NCBI GenBank assembly: GCA_050253075.1
Contig: JBFWJS010000001.1
Location: 256,001 to 320,000 of the forward strand
From: Deferribacterales bacterium
GTDB lineage: Bacteria; Chrysiogenota; Deferribacteres; Deferribacterales; Geovibrionaceae
Direction of reading: 5' to 3'
Length of the DNA stretch: 64,000 bases
In this document: positions 39,468 to 49,993 of the stretch, piece by piece
Layout: every line of letters starts with the position of its first letter
Position numbering within the stretch: the first letter of the stretch is position 1
Notes under the pieces: model-generated
Database searches by the model: none
Seen by the model: only the letters and a program-made list of their open reading frames with translations
Told to the model about the DNA's origin: nothing
Translations under genes and position numbers: made by a program

Positions 39468-40555
39468 TAGATTACGCCAAACTGGCAGGTCAGAATATCG
39501 CAGACCTTGTTCCGTACAAGCCCGGAAAACCGATAAAAGAGCTCGAGCGTGAGCTCGGAGTTAAAAACTCCGTGAAACTTGCATCAAACGAAAACCCGAT
39601 GGGATGTTCTCCGAAGGTTGTGGAAGCCCTTAAAGACTTCTTCCCTGAGATATCTAGATATCCTCTCGGCGATGCATTCTATCTCCGTACCGTCGTTTCC
39701 GAACATTACGGCATCAGCGGGGATAAACTCCTTTTCGGTACAGGATCAAACGAGATAATCGAGCTTGCTATCCGTACATTCCTCGGAGCAGACGAAGAGG
39801 TTTTAAGCCCTGCGCCGTCTTTCTCCGTATACGGCATCATTTCACAGGCAGCGGGCAGATCATGCAAATGGGTTCCTGTCGCTCCTGATTTTAAGATCGA
39901 TTTCGATGCGCTGGCAGCAGCCATCTCTGACAAGACAAGAATGATATTCCTCGCAAACCCGAACAACCCTACGGGCGAGTTTTTCACAAAGGGCGAGCTT
40001 GTGGACTTCATGAAGAAAGTTCCCGAGGATGTTATAGTGGTTATGGACGAAGCATACATCGAGTATGCCGATGCTCCCGATTTCCCTGACACACTTGCAA
40101 TGCTCGATACATATAAGAACATGTTCCTTATGAGAACATTCTCCAAGGCATACGGTCTCGCAGCTCTCCGTGTGGGCTATGTCATCGCTTGTGAAGAGGC
40201 AATCGACATGATGAACCGTGTCCGTCAGCCCTTCAACACAAACATGGCAGCTCAGATAGCAGCTCAGGCAGCTATGGAGGACAAAGAGCACCTCGAAAAG
40301 GTTCTCGCCGAAAATAAAGCGGGCAAAGAATACCTCTATGAGCAGTTCGATGCGCTCGGCCTTAAATATGTCCCTACACAGGCGAACTTTATCCTTGTGA
40401 AAGTGGGCAACGGCGAAAAGGTATTCAACGACCTCCTCAAAGAGGGCGTGATACTCCGCTACCTCGGACCGGGACTTGCCGAATGGGTAAGGGTATCCAT
40501 CGGAACAATGGCTGAAAACAAGATTTTCATAGAAAAGCTGAAAACAGTCTTATAA
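39464..40555 (+). CDS. hisC: Histidinol-phosphate/aromatic aminotransferase
   Basis: KLASNENP, NPNNPTG, DEAY, RTFSKAYGLA. Confidence 0.95.
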   Translation: MIDYAKLAGQNIADLVPYKPGKPIKELERELGVKNSVKLASNENPMGCSPKVVEALKDFFPEISRYPLGDAFYLRTVVSEHYGISGDKLLFGTGSNEIIELAIRTFLGADEEVLSPAPSFSVYGIISQAAGRSCKWVPVAPDFKIDFDALAAAISDKTRMIFLANPNNPTGEFFTKGELVDFMKKVPEDVIVVMDEAYIEYADAPDFPDTLAMLDTYKNMFLMRTFSKAYGLAALRVGYVIACEEAIDMMNRVRQPFNTNMAAQIAAQAAMEDKEHLEKVLAENKAGKEYLYEQFDALGLKYVPTQANFILVKVGNGEKVFNDLLKEGVILRYLGPGLAEWVRVSIGTMAENKIFIEKLKTVL

Positions 40556-40567
40556 CTTCAGTTGCCA

Positions 40568-40649
40568 CTCACTGCGAACATACTGGAGCAGTCTCTGAAC
40601 TCATTAATAAGAGCAAAGATTGCTTCGTCGTTATGCTCCTCGCAATGAC
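40568..40649. repeat. Palindromic interspersed repeat copy
   Basis: TCACTGCGA...GATTGCTTCGTCGTTATGCTCCTCGCAATGAC. Confidence 0.75.
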
Positions 40650-40665
40650 ATGGAAGAGGTATAAT

Positions 40666-41685
40666 ATGATAATAGTATTTAAGAAAGATACGGATAAAGA
40701 GAACGTTCAGAACGTGCAGAACAAGCTGAACGAGCTCGGTTTTAAAGTGAATACCACAAACGACGAGGAAGGGGTCATCATCCGTGCCATCGGAGATGAG
40801 TCAAAGCTGAGAGACAGACCTCTCTCTTCATTCCCCGGCGTTTCAAAGATAGTCCCCATCAACAAGCCCTATAAGCTGGTGAGCAAAGACTTCCAGAGCG
40901 AAGACACAGTCATCGACATCAAAGGCGTGAAGATAGGCGGAGACAATGTATCCGTGATGGCGGGGCCGTGCTCTGTGGAGGGGCGTGACATGCTCATGCA
41001 CCTTGCCGAGCGTACGAGCAAAGCCGGAGCGAAGATACTGCGTGGCGGAGCTTTCAAACCGAGGACATCGCCGTATGCCTTTCAGGGGCTTGGCGAAGAG
41101 GGCTTGAAGTATCTCCGTGAGGCAGCAGATGCAAACGGCATGATAGTCATCACAGAGCTGATGGACATACGTGACATCGACCTCATCCTTGAATACTCCG
41201 ATATTATACAGATAGGCGCAAGGAACATGATGAATTTCCGTCTGCTGAAAGACCTCGGAGCTGTCAGAAAACCTGTAATGCTCAAGCGTGGTCTGTGCGC
41301 AACGATAAAAGAATTCCTGATGGCTGCCGAATATGTAGCCGCAGGGGGCAACTCTGAGATACTCCTCTGCGAGAGGGGCATACGCACATTTGAAACAGAG
41401 ACAAGGAACACACTCGACCTCTCTGCCATCCCCGTGCTGAAGAGCCTGACCCACCTGCCCGTAGTGGCAGACCCCAGCCACGGCACAGGACGCAGGGACT
41501 GCATACTCCCGATGTCTCAGGCCGCTGTGGCAGCAGGTGCAGACGCCATCATGGTGGAAGTGCACAACTGCCCTGAGGAAGCCATGAGCGACGGCGACCA
41601 GTCTATCCTCCCCGATGATTTCGACATCCTGATGAAGCGTATCGACATCATCGCAAACACCATAGGGAAAAAACTGAATAAATGA
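40666..41685 (+). CDS. aroF: DAHP synthase (type I-beta, N-terminal regulatory domain)
   Basis: AGPCSVE, FKPRTSPY, IGARNM, DPSHGTG. Confidence 0.95.
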   Translation: MIIVFKKDTDKENVQNVQNKLNELGFKVNTTNDEEGVIIRAIGDESKLRDRPLSSFPGVSKIVPINKPYKLVSKDFQSEDTVIDIKGVKIGGDNVSVMAGPCSVEGRDMLMHLAERTSKAGAKILRGGAFKPRTSPYAFQGLGEEGLKYLREAADANGMIVITELMDIRDIDLILEYSDIIQIGARNMMNFRLLKDLGAVRKPVMLKRGLCATIKEFLMAAEYVAAGGNSEILLCERGIRTFETETRNTLDLSAIPVLKSLTHLPVVADPSHGTGRRDCILPMSQAAVAAGADAIMVEVHNCPEEAMSDGDQSILPDDFDILMKRIDIIANTIGKKLNK

Positions 41686-42509
41686 TGTTTAAACATATAG
41701 CATTTGCGGGGCTCGGCGTTATCGGCGGGTCCCTTGCTTTATCCTTTGCCGAGCACGGGATAAAACTGACCGCCTATGACAAAGACGTGCAGACCCTCGC
41801 AGATGCGGTTAAGACCGGGTATTTCGATAATGCCACAGACGACATAGATACACTGCTGTCCCTCGACTTTGACATGCTTTATGTATGTCTCCCCGTGAGA
41901 GCTGCGTGTGAATTCATGGCGGAGCTGGGCAAGAGGAATTTCGAAAGACCCGTCACCGATGCAGGCAGTACCAAGGCAGACCTTGTAAAAGCGGCATCGG
42001 ATGCAGGGCTCATCTATTGCGGAGGCCACCCCATAGCAGGGCGTGAGGTCTCAGGCTTTAAGAATGCCCACGCAGGACTTTTCAGAGGTGCATACCACAT
42101 ACTGACACCCACATGCCCCGACTTCGACATCGAACCCTTTGTGGAGATACACGAAGCCATCGGCATGAAGGTGCACACCATGGACCCCGAAAAGCACGAC
42201 ATGACATTCGGTCTGGTCAGCCACCTCCCCCACATCACGGCTTTTGCCATGGTGCAGACGGTATCGGCGGTGGACATTGATGCTCTGAACTACACGGGTG
42301 CGGGCTTTAAGGACTTTTCCCGTATAGCCGCCAGCGACCCGAGGATGTGGACAGACATCTTCCTCGAAAATGATAAGAATATGATAACTCTCATAGACAG
42401 CTACATAGCTGAAATGCAGAAATGGAAAAAAGCGATAGAAAACTCTGACGAAAAGGCTATGTACGACATGATAGAGCATGCAGCAGAGATCAGGAGAAGG
42501 CTTACATGA
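41682..42509 (+). CDS. tyrA: Prephenate dehydrogenase
   Basis: GLGVIGGS, DAGSTK, GHPIAG, SHLPH. Confidence 0.93.
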   Translation: MMFKHIAFAGLGVIGGSLALSFAEHGIKLTAYDKDVQTLADAVKTGYFDNATDDIDTLLSLDFDMLYVCLPVRAACEFMAELGKRNFERPVTDAGSTKADLVKAASDAGLIYCGGHPIAGREVSGFKNAHAGLFRGAYHILTPTCPDFDIEPFVEIHEAIGMKVHTMDPEKHDMTFGLVSHLPHITAFAMVQTVSAVDIDALNYTGAGFKDFSRIAASDPRMWTDIFLENDKNMITLIDSYIAEMQKWKKAIENSDEKAMYDMIEHAAEIRRRLT

Positions 42510-43786
42510 AAAAATTCGAAGCAGTTGACAGCATTAAAGGAACAGTAAGAGTTCCGCCTGATAAATCGATCAGCCACAGGTCATTCATGTTCCTCTCCAT
42601 GGCGAAAGGGCGCGGACGTGTCATCGATCCACTCCTCTCTGCAGACACAAAGGCTACAATGGCAGCCATGCGTGCCGTGGGCGTCGAGTTCGAAGAGACA
42701 GTTAACGGATATGTCATAACATCCGAAGGCTATCAGAACTTTAAAGAACCCACAGACGTCATCGACTGTATGAACTCAGGAACAACGGCAAGGCTCCTTA
42801 CGGGTGTCTTCGCCCCTACGAATAAATATTACGTCCTCACAGGGGACGCCTCTCTCCGCAAACGCCCCATGGACAGGGTTATCAACCCTCTAAGCGAAAT
42901 GGGCGCAAAATTTGCAGCGAGAAACGGAAACAGCCTGCTCCCCATGACGATACTCCCGTCCGTCACAAAGCCGGTGGACCTCATCGCCACCACAAAGAGT
43001 GCACAGGTAAAGAGCGCAGTTCTCCTTGCGGGTGTGCAGACAGAGGGAGTGACAACCTATACGGAAAAAGCCGTGACACGTAACCACACAGAGATAATGC
43101 TCTCCGCACTCGGCGCAAAGGTAAGCGTGGACGGGCTTAAGATATCGGTGGAAGGCGCAGCCGACCTCCGCAGTATGGACATCGTCGTACCGGGCGATTT
43201 CTCATCTGCGGCATTTTTCCTCGGCGGGGCGCTGATGTTCGACAACTCTGAGCTGGTGCTGGAGAATGTCGGCCTGAACCCCACAAGGAGCGGTATGCTT
43301 CAGGTGCTGTCAGGCATGGGTGTGAAATATGAGATAGACTCTGAAAGGGGCGACGCCGAAAAGCTCGGTGATATCTGCATAAGCTCACAGTCATTCGGCG
43401 GATGCACCATAGAGGGCGACATAGTGGCGAACATGATAGACGAGCTGCCTATGATGGCGACACTCGGTCTTTTCGCTAATTCGCCTATTACCATTAAAAA
43501 TGCGAAGGAACTCCGTGTTAAGGAGTCCGATAGAATAGAGACCACTCTTTACAACCTCCGCCAACTCGGCGCAGAGGTCGAAGAGTATGAAGACGGCATG
43601 AAGGTCTACCCTATAAAGAGCGTTAACGACAAAGCAGAGCTGAAGTCCTTCGGAGACCACCGTATAGCCATGATAGCCATCATGCTGGCTAAGCGTTTCG
43701 GCGGGAATATCACCGTGGACGATGTAGACTGTGTGGATGTATCCTTCCCTACTTTCATGGAAACATTCAAGGCTCTGGAGCAGTAA
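42506..43786 (+). CDS. aroA: EPSP synthase
   Basis: DKSISHR, NSGTT, SAQVKS, KESDR, DHRIAM. Confidence 0.97.
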   Translation: MKKFEAVDSIKGTVRVPPDKSISHRSFMFLSMAKGRGRVIDPLLSADTKATMAAMRAVGVEFEETVNGYVITSEGYQNFKEPTDVIDCMNSGTTARLLTGVFAPTNKYYVLTGDASLRKRPMDRVINPLSEMGAKFAARNGNSLLPMTILPSVTKPVDLIATTKSAQVKSAVLLAGVQTEGVTTYTEKAVTRNHTEIMLSALGAKVSVDGLKISVEGAADLRSMDIVVPGDFSSAAFFLGGALMFDNSELVLENVGLNPTRSGMLQVLSGMGVKYEIDSERGDAEKLGDICISSQSFGGCTIEGDIVANMIDELPMMATLGLFANSPITIKNAKELRVKESDRIETTLYNLRQLGAEVEEYEDGMKVYPIKSVNDKAELKSFGDHRIAMIAIMLAKRFGGNITVDDVDCVDVSFPTFMETFKALEQ

Positions 43787-43788
43787 TC

Positions 43789-44433
43789 ATGATAATAGCC
43801 GTAGACGGCCCCGCAGGAAGCGGCAAAAGCACCGTAAGCAAAGAGGTTGCTAAGAGACTGGGGATAATATTCCTCGACTCAGGCGCACTCTACAGAGCAT
43901 GCACATACATAAAGCAGAAATATCTGCTGGACACCATGCACCTTATCGAAGCAGTGAAGAGCGCAAAGATGGTCTTCGGTGCAAACGGCGAACTCTTCCT
44001 CACCGTGAACGGCAGCATAGAGGATGTCAGCGGAAAGATCCGCACACCGCAGATAGCCGAAGAGGTCGGCGTAGTCGCAGCACTTCCGGAGATTCGTGAC
44101 GCCGTGACACATCAGCTCCGCCAGATGGCTAAGCAGGCGTCCGTCATCATGGACGGCAGAGACATAGGTACGCACGTATTCCCCGATGCAGAGTATAAAT
44201 TCTTCCTCAAAGCTAGCCCCCTAGAAAGGGCTAAACGCCGCATGAAAGACTATGAGGCGCAGGATATCGATATGAAACTTGAAGATATCGTGAAGGAAAT
44301 AGAGGAAAGAGACCGCAAAGATACCGAACGTGAGCACGCACCACTAAAAAAAGCTGTGGATGCCGTGGAAATAGACACTACCCACTTGACAATAGAAGAA
44401 GTTATATCAATAATAACCTCGAAGGTAAAATAA
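43789..44433 (+). CDS. cmk: Cytidylate kinase
   Basis: DGPAGSGKST, DSGALYR, DGRDIG. Confidence 0.97.
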   Translation: MIIAVDGPAGSGKSTVSKEVAKRLGIIFLDSGALYRACTYIKQKYLLDTMHLIEAVKSAKMVFGANGELFLTVNGSIEDVSGKIRTPQIAEEVGVVAALPEIRDAVTHQLRQMAKQASVIMDGRDIGTHVFPDAEYKFFLKASPLERAKRRMKDYEAQDIDMKLEDIVKEIEERDRKDTEREHAPLKKAVDAVEIDTTHLTIEEVISIITSKVK

Positions 44434-44442
44434 TCGTTGCCC

Positions 44443-44490
44443 ATATTGCGGGCTGAGATTGCCACATCGGCTTAGCCTCCTCGCAATGAC
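44443..44490. repeat. Internally deleted palindromic repeat copy
   Basis: ATTGCGGG..GAGATTGCCACATCGGCTTAGCCTCCTCGCAATGAC. Confidence 0.7.
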
Positions 44491-44534
44491 TTTCGGGTTT
44501 TCGGTTAGCCCATATTTATATGGCAGGAGCAATA

Positions 44535-45374
44535 GTGGAAATTTTAATCGCCGACCACGCCGGATTCTGTTTCGGAGTGGAAAGAGCAGTGGACCTCGTT
44601 GAGGACACATCAAAAAAATATACCGGAGTCTTTACTCTGGGACCTATCATACATAATCCTCAGATAGTTAGTAAATTTGCTGAGAACGGTGTCGGCGTGT
44701 GTGACAGCCCCGAAGAGGTCGATCAAAGCAACACTGTGGTCGTACGCTCCCACGGCATAACAAAAGAAACCTACGCAAGGCTTGAAGAAAAAGCCGTAAA
44801 TGTCGTAGATGCCACATGCCCCTTCGTAAAAAAAGCTCAGAGCAGTGCTAAAAAACTTGGTGAAAACGGTGCAGTCGTTGTCGTATACGGAGAAAAGGAT
44901 CACCCCGAAGTAAAAAGTATTGTTAGTTTTATAGAATCCAGATATATTATCGTTTCAGACATAAAAGAAGCCGAAGAACTCTTATTTGAAAAGAGCTATG
45001 CTCTTGTGGCGCAGACAACACAGAACTCGGAATCATTTGACAAAATCGCAGAAATACTTAAAACTAAGTGTGACGATCTTATAATAAAGAATACGATCTG
45101 TAACGCCACCAGCCTAAGACAGGCTTCTGCTATTGATTTAGCTAAAAAAGTTGATATCATGATCGTGATAGGCGGTAAAAACAGTGGGAACACTACCCGT
45201 CTCTATGAGATCTGCAAAGAGATATGCGATAAAACGTATCATATAGAAACAAAAGAAGAACTTAATAACAACATATTCGAAGGCAGCCGAAAGGTTGGCA
45301 TCACAGCAGGTGCCAGTACCCCCGGCTTTCTGGTAGAAGAAGTTATAGAATTTTTGAAAGAGGTCAGTAAATGA
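44535..45374 (+). CDS. ispH: HMBPP reductase
   Basis: GFCFGVERA, DATCPFV, TICNAT..RQ, TAGAST; GTG start after AGGAG. Confidence 0.97.
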   Translation: MEILIADHAGFCFGVERAVDLVEDTSKKYTGVFTLGPIIHNPQIVSKFAENGVGVCDSPEEVDQSNTVVVRSHGITKETYARLEEKAVNVVDATCPFVKKAQSSAKKLGENGAVVVVYGEKDHPEVKSIVSFIESRYIIVSDIKEAEELLFEKSYALVAQTTQNSESFDKIAEILKTKCDDLIIKNTICNATSLRQASAIDLAKKVDIMIVIGGKNSGNTTRLYEICKEICDKTYHIETKEELNNNIFEGSRKVGITAGASTPGFLVEEVIEFLKEVSK

Positions 45375-47068
45375 GTAGCATTAACAACAACGATGGAGAA
45401 AACATGCAGATGGAAGATTTCGAGGCGATGCTCGAGGAATCGTTCCAGCAGCCTGAGAAAAACTCTGTCGTGCAGGGAACCGTGGCACAGATCAACGAGA
45501 ACGACGTTCTTGTAAACATCGGGTTCAAGACAGAAGGTGTCGTGCCAAGCGCAGAATTCATGAAAGACGGCGAGATAACTGTTAAAGTCGGCGACGAGGT
45601 AGATGTTCTCTTCCTCGGTACAGCGGGCGGCGGCGGATACGTCAAACTCTCCAGAAAAGCTATCGAGAAAGAGGCTGACTGGATAGTAGTGGAGAAAGCG
45701 CTTGAGGAAGAGACACCCCTTCTGGTTAAAATCACTGCCGCTGTGGACAAAGGCTTCACAGGTAAATGCGGTGAGATCGAGTGCTTTATCCCTGAAAACC
45801 ACATAGATTTCAAAAACAGCACAATGGAACCGCACGAATATGTCGGTCAGACATACGAGCTTAAGGTTCTTAAAGCTAACAAAAAACAGAGATCTTTCCT
45901 CGCTTCCAGAAAACTGCAGATGATCCAGGATATGGACAAGCAGAAAAAGGAATTCTTCGGCACTATCGAAGAAGGTCAGACTCTTAAAGGAACTGTTAAA
46001 ACTATCAAGCATTACGGTGCTTTCATGAACTTCGGTTCCGTTGACGGTTTCCTCCGTAAGAATAACATCGCATGGGGCGTTGTGAAACACCCTAACCAAT
46101 ACATAGAAGAAGGCGACGAGCTCGAAGTTAAGATACTCAACATCGACTTCGAAGAAGAGAAGCTCGAAGTAGGCCTTAAGCAGATGCAGGAAGACCCATG
46201 GGAAGCCGCAGCAGGCAAATATCCGGAGGGCGCTTCTGTTTCAGGTACTGTCGTAGCCAGAAAGAACAAAGGCTTCGTAATGGAGATCGAGCAGGGTATC
46301 GACGGATTTATCCCACTCGAGGAGATCTCCTGGCTGAAGAACGCACGCATCGCTATCGAGCCTAAAGACGCTGTCGAAGGTAAAGTTGTGGGCATCGACG
46401 ACGAGAAGAAAAAGCTCATCGTTTCCCTCAAATCTCTTCAGGAAAACCCATGGGTAACACTGAAGACAAAACACCCTGAAGGCTCTGCCGTAAAAGGTAT
46501 TATCAAATCCATCACAGAATTCGGAATCTTCGTTGATTTCGGCGAGTTCCTCGACGGCCTTATCCGTAAAAAGGATATCAGCTGGACAGACGAGCCTGAA
46601 AAACTCGAAGATATGTATAAAGAAGGCGACGAGATCGAAGCAAAAGTTCTTAAGATCGACGCCGAAAAAGAAAGAATCAGCCTTGGCGTTAAACAGCTCG
46701 AGACAAACCCATGGAGAGAGATCGGTAAACTTCTTCCTAACGGAAAAGTAGTCGATGTTAAAGTTCTCTCTGTTACTAAAGAAGGTCTTGAGGTTGAGCT
46801 TCCTAGAGAGCTCATCGGATTTATCCCTGATAACGAGCTCGATGTTGAAAGAATTGACCCTGCAAGCAAATTCGCAGAGGGCGACAGCATCAAAGCCGTA
46901 GTCTTCCGCAACGACGCAAGAGAGAAGAAGATACTCCTCTCTGTCAGAAGATATATGCAGGACTCCGAGAAACGCGAAGTCAAAGAATACCTCAAAAAAC
47001 TTGAGCAGTCTGACGACAGCGGATTTAGCCTCGGCGACATCCTCAAAGGCAAACTTGACGTAGAATAA
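45371..47068 (+). CDS. rpsA: 30S ribosomal protein S1
   Basis: Tandem S1 domains; cmk-ispH-rpsA synteny. Confidence 0.96.
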   Translation: MSSINNNDGENMQMEDFEAMLEESFQQPEKNSVVQGTVAQINENDVLVNIGFKTEGVVPSAEFMKDGEITVKVGDEVDVLFLGTAGGGGYVKLSRKAIEKEADWIVVEKALEEETPLLVKITAAVDKGFTGKCGEIECFIPENHIDFKNSTMEPHEYVGQTYELKVLKANKKQRSFLASRKLQMIQDMDKQKKEFFGTIEEGQTLKGTVKTIKHYGAFMNFGSVDGFLRKNNIAWGVVKHPNQYIEEGDELEVKILNIDFEEEKLEVGLKQMQEDPWEAAAGKYPEGASVSGTVVARKNKGFVMEIEQGIDGFIPLEEISWLKNARIAIEPKDAVEGKVVGIDDEKKKLIVSLKSLQENPWVTLKTKHPEGSAVKGIIKSITEFGIFVDFGEFLDGLIRKKDISWTDEPEKLEDMYKEGDEIEAKVLKIDAEKERISLGVKQLETNPWREIGKLLPNGKVVDVKVLSVTKEGLEVELPRELIGFIPDNELDVERIDPASKFAEGDSIKAVVFRNDAREKKILLSVRRYMQDSEKREVKEYLKKLEQSDDSGFSLGDILKGKLDVE

Positions 47069-47089
47069 GCTGACCTTGCTTATATATAT

Positions 47090-47115
47090 AAGGGGGGCTT
47101 TCGCCCCCTTTTTTT
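47090..47115 (+). terminator. Intrinsic terminator after rpsA
   Basis: AAGGGGGGC TTTC GCCCCCTT TTTTT. Confidence 0.9.
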
Positions 47116-47136
47116 AATTAAACTTAAGGATTGTCA

Positions 47137-48102
47137 ATGGATTATATCCTTTTCCTCATCTCTGCGGCGATAGTTGTTACGGCGGGTATAAAGCTGTCTG
47201 AGTACGGCGACGCCCTTGCTGCCGTGACCGGTCTCGGCAGAAGCTTCATCGGTATCACCCTGCTCGCACTTTTCACATCTCTGCCGGAGCTTATCTCCAC
47301 CATAGGGGCCATCACCCTTGTGGATTCGCCCGACCTCGCTTTTGGTAATGTTTACGGGTCTAATATGTTCAACATGTTCACCATTTTCCTGCTGGACGCC
47401 ATGTTCCGCAAGACAGACGTATACAACGGCATCAGCGAATCAAACATTCTGACGGCTCTGTACGCCGCACTCGTTACGGCTTTATCCGTTCTCGGTTTTT
47501 ATATCAAGCTCTATGTCGGTCCGATATCTGTCGTTACGCTGATAATAGTAGTGCTCTTCGTCTATTCATCCTACGTATCCTATAAAGTTCTCGAAAAGGA
47601 TGAGGACGATGACGACGACACTGACATGACTCTCAGAGGGGTTATCATACGCATGGGGGTCGCTGCGCTGGCGATAGTTTTTGCGGGGCTTATGATGAGC
47701 ACCACAGCAGATGCAATAGCCGCACAGACAGGTCTCGGCGACAGCTTCATCGGTTCTTTCCTGCTGGCCGTCGTGACATCCCTCCCCGAAGTATCCGCCT
47801 GCTACGGTGCGATACGTGTGGGCTCTGTGAATATGGCGATGGGTAACCTTTTCGGTTCGAACCTTTTTAATATAGCAATAATACCCGTTGCTGATATAAC
47901 ATATACAAAGGGACCGATATTCGAATTTGTATCCAGAGGACACATGGCTGCGGCTGTATTTGCCACTATTGCCATCCTCATCCCTATCATAGGCATAAGA
48001 GAAAGGAACTTCCGTGTGAAGATTCTCGGTGTTTCCTTTCACTCTTACGCAATTGTAGCGCTTTACGCTGTTTATACCGTTTATCTGTATATGGTGAGAT
48101 AA
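47137..48102 (+). CDS. Sodium:calcium exchanger family antiporter
   Basis: Two TSLPE alpha repeats, GNVYGSN and GNLFGSN. Confidence 0.92.
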   Translation: MDYILFLISAAIVVTAGIKLSEYGDALAAVTGLGRSFIGITLLALFTSLPELISTIGAITLVDSPDLAFGNVYGSNMFNMFTIFLLDAMFRKTDVYNGISESNILTALYAALVTALSVLGFYIKLYVGPISVVTLIIVVLFVYSSYVSYKVLEKDEDDDDDTDMTLRGVIIRMGVAALAIVFAGLMMSTTADAIAAQTGLGDSFIGSFLLAVVTSLPEVSACYGAIRVGSVNMAMGNLFGSNLFNIAIIPVADITYTKGPIFEFVSRGHMAAAVFATIAILIPIIGIRERNFRVKILGVSFHSYAIVALYAVYTVYLYMVR

Positions 48103-48103
48103 T

Positions 48104-48970
48104 ATGAAGAAATTTCTTAAGCTACTCGCAAAAGCTCTCATTTTCCTCGTTGTCATAGGCATTGTCGTGCGCATCTTCGTCGTGATGTCCGGCGACAGCG
48201 AAGACGTCATTATGTCGAACAGCATCGCAGTCGTCAGGCTGGAAGGTGTGATAATAGACACCCGCAAACTCGACCGTAAGCTGCAGAAGCTGGACGAAAA
48301 CGAAAAAGTGAAAGGGGTCATCATAGAGGTGAACTCGCCCGGCGGTATCATAGCACCCACACAGGTGATATATAACCGCATAATGAAGATGAAGAAGCCT
48401 GTCTATGCCGTTATGGAATCCATAGCAGCATCAGGCGGTTACTATATATCTATCGCCGCTGACAAGGTGTACGCTATGGACAGCACCACCACAGGCAGCA
48501 TCGGCGTCATCATGCAGTATTCAAACATCGAAGAGCTCCTGAATAAGATCGGCATTAAGAGCGTGGTCTTCAAAAGCGGAAAGATGAAAGATGTTCCATC
48601 GAACACCAGAGACCTTTCATACGAAGAGAAGCAGTATGTTCAGTCGAACATCATGGAGTTTTACGATCAGTTCCTGCGTGACGTGCTGAAAAGAAGAAGC
48701 ATCAGCGAAGACAAGCTCCGTGAGCTCGCCGACGGGCGTGTTTTCAGCGGACGTCAGGCTGTGGAGCTAAAACTTGTGGACCGCATAGGCACAAGAGAAG
48801 AAGCCGTGATAGATATGAAAGATGAAATAGGCATTCAGGATCTCGAAGTAAGAGAACTGTACGAAGAAGAAGATACACTTGTCACCAGAATATTCGGCAA
48901 GGTTAAAAACTTTACGGAAGCTGTCGCCCCGAACGGAGGCTATTACTACCTTTATAAGCCCGGCTTATAA
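48104..48970 (+). CDS. sppA: Signal peptide peptidase SppA (S49)
   Basis: NSPGG, AASGGYY, TGSIGV. Confidence 0.93.
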   Translation: MKKFLKLLAKALIFLVVIGIVVRIFVVMSGDSEDVIMSNSIAVVRLEGVIIDTRKLDRKLQKLDENEKVKGVIIEVNSPGGIIAPTQVIYNRIMKMKKPVYAVMESIAASGGYYISIAADKVYAMDSTTTGSIGVIMQYSNIEELLNKIGIKSVVFKSGKMKDVPSNTRDLSYEEKQYVQSNIMEFYDQFLRDVLKRRSISEDKLRELADGRVFSGRQAVELKLVDRIGTREEAVIDMKDEIGIQDLEVRELYEEEDTLVTRIFGKVKNFTEAVAPNGGYYYLYKPGL

Positions 48971-49747
48971 GGTTTTTCTTCCGATATAGCTTTTCAGGAG
49001 GTCTCTGTCGCCGGTGATGGAGACTGTCTTCAGCTTTGCATTGCCCAGAGGGAACTGAAGCTCGAGGCGCATTATGACACCCGTCTCTTTATCTATATAG
49101 ATGCGCCATAGACCTGTCGGTGTGACCAGACTGGACGTCTTCACAGGAACCTGAAACTCTACGACCTTACAAGGGTAGTCCTCTCCCTCGAATCGGATGT
49201 CTTTCTCGCCTGCTTTTTTATACGTGATGTCTATGTATTTTCCGTCGAAGAAGGTTTTGAGAATGCCCTCTTCTTCCAGATCATAAAGCTGAACGAACAT
49301 GACAACCGCCGCAGGGTCGAGCACGCCTTCCATATCGAACTCTTTCTTGAAGCTCTTATATCTGCTGTCTTTATATCTGAAAGTATTGCCCGAATAGAGC
49401 AGCTTGTCTTTGTAAAAATAGAGATGAGTCATAGACTTACGCTCACTCTTTTCATAAAAGTACATATATACGCTTTTGAAAGGAGAGAGCGAAATGTCTG
49501 CCGCCGTGCGCTGTTCCATATGATGAGCAACATCTATCAGCCCTGTTGTGTGCTGACTGCTCTTCATACGGAGCATATCGTCCTCGACATTATACTCTAT
49601 GCACGACTCACCTATTTTAAACAGCAGTGAAGCCTCATAGCATATCTTAAGCGGCTCCGCATTTGCAGACCCCGCCGTTATAAGCAAAACCAGTACGAGA
49701 AGCTTAATCTTTGAGATTATTCTTTCTTTCCTGATACTCTGCGGCAT
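48965..49747 (-). CDS. Exported beta-rich protein, DUF3108-like
   Basis: Signal peptide ending ANA; AGGTGA SD before 49747; beta-strand pattern. Confidence 0.55.
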   Translation of the reverse strand: MPQSIRKERIISKIKLLVLVLLITAGSANAEPLKICYEASLLFKIGESCIEYNVEDDMLRMKSSQHTTGLIDVAHHMEQRTAADISLSPFKSVYMYFYEKSERKSMTHLYFYKDKLLYSGNTFRYKDSRYKSFKKEFDMEGVLDPAAVVMFVQLYDLEEEGILKTFFDGKYIDITYKKAGEKDIRFEGEDYPCKVVEFQVPVKTSSLVTPTGLWRIYIDKETGVIMRLELQFPLGNAKLKTVSITGDRDLLKSYIGRKTL

Positions 49748-49904
49748 CTATCTCACCTTTGGCATACCTTTCGTCCAGTATGTCTCTCGGGGTTTTCCCG
49801 CTATTCTTCTCAGGCTGACCTTTCATAAGCCTGTAGACCACGATAGCTAAAACTATAATTATCAGCAGCCCCTGCAGACCGCCCACCGGAAAATGACCAT
49901 ACAT
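49704..49904 (-). CDS. SHOCT domain membrane protein
   Basis: One TM helix plus ILDERYAKGEID..EY. Confidence 0.88.
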   Translation of the reverse strand: MYGHFPVGGLQGLLIIIVLAIVVYRLMKGQPEKNSGKTPRDILDERYAKGEIDAAEYQERKNNLKD

Positions 49905-49940
49905 ATTCTAACTCCTACGAACAATATAATACATAAAATG

Positions 49941-49970
49941 AAAAAAGCCGAAGAATTTATCTCCGGCTTT
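49941..49970 (-). terminator. Intrinsic terminator
   Basis: Minus strand AAAGCCGGAGA...TCTTCGGCTTTTTT. Confidence 0.8.
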
Positions 49971-49993
49971 AATGTCACATCAAAGGGATGTGG

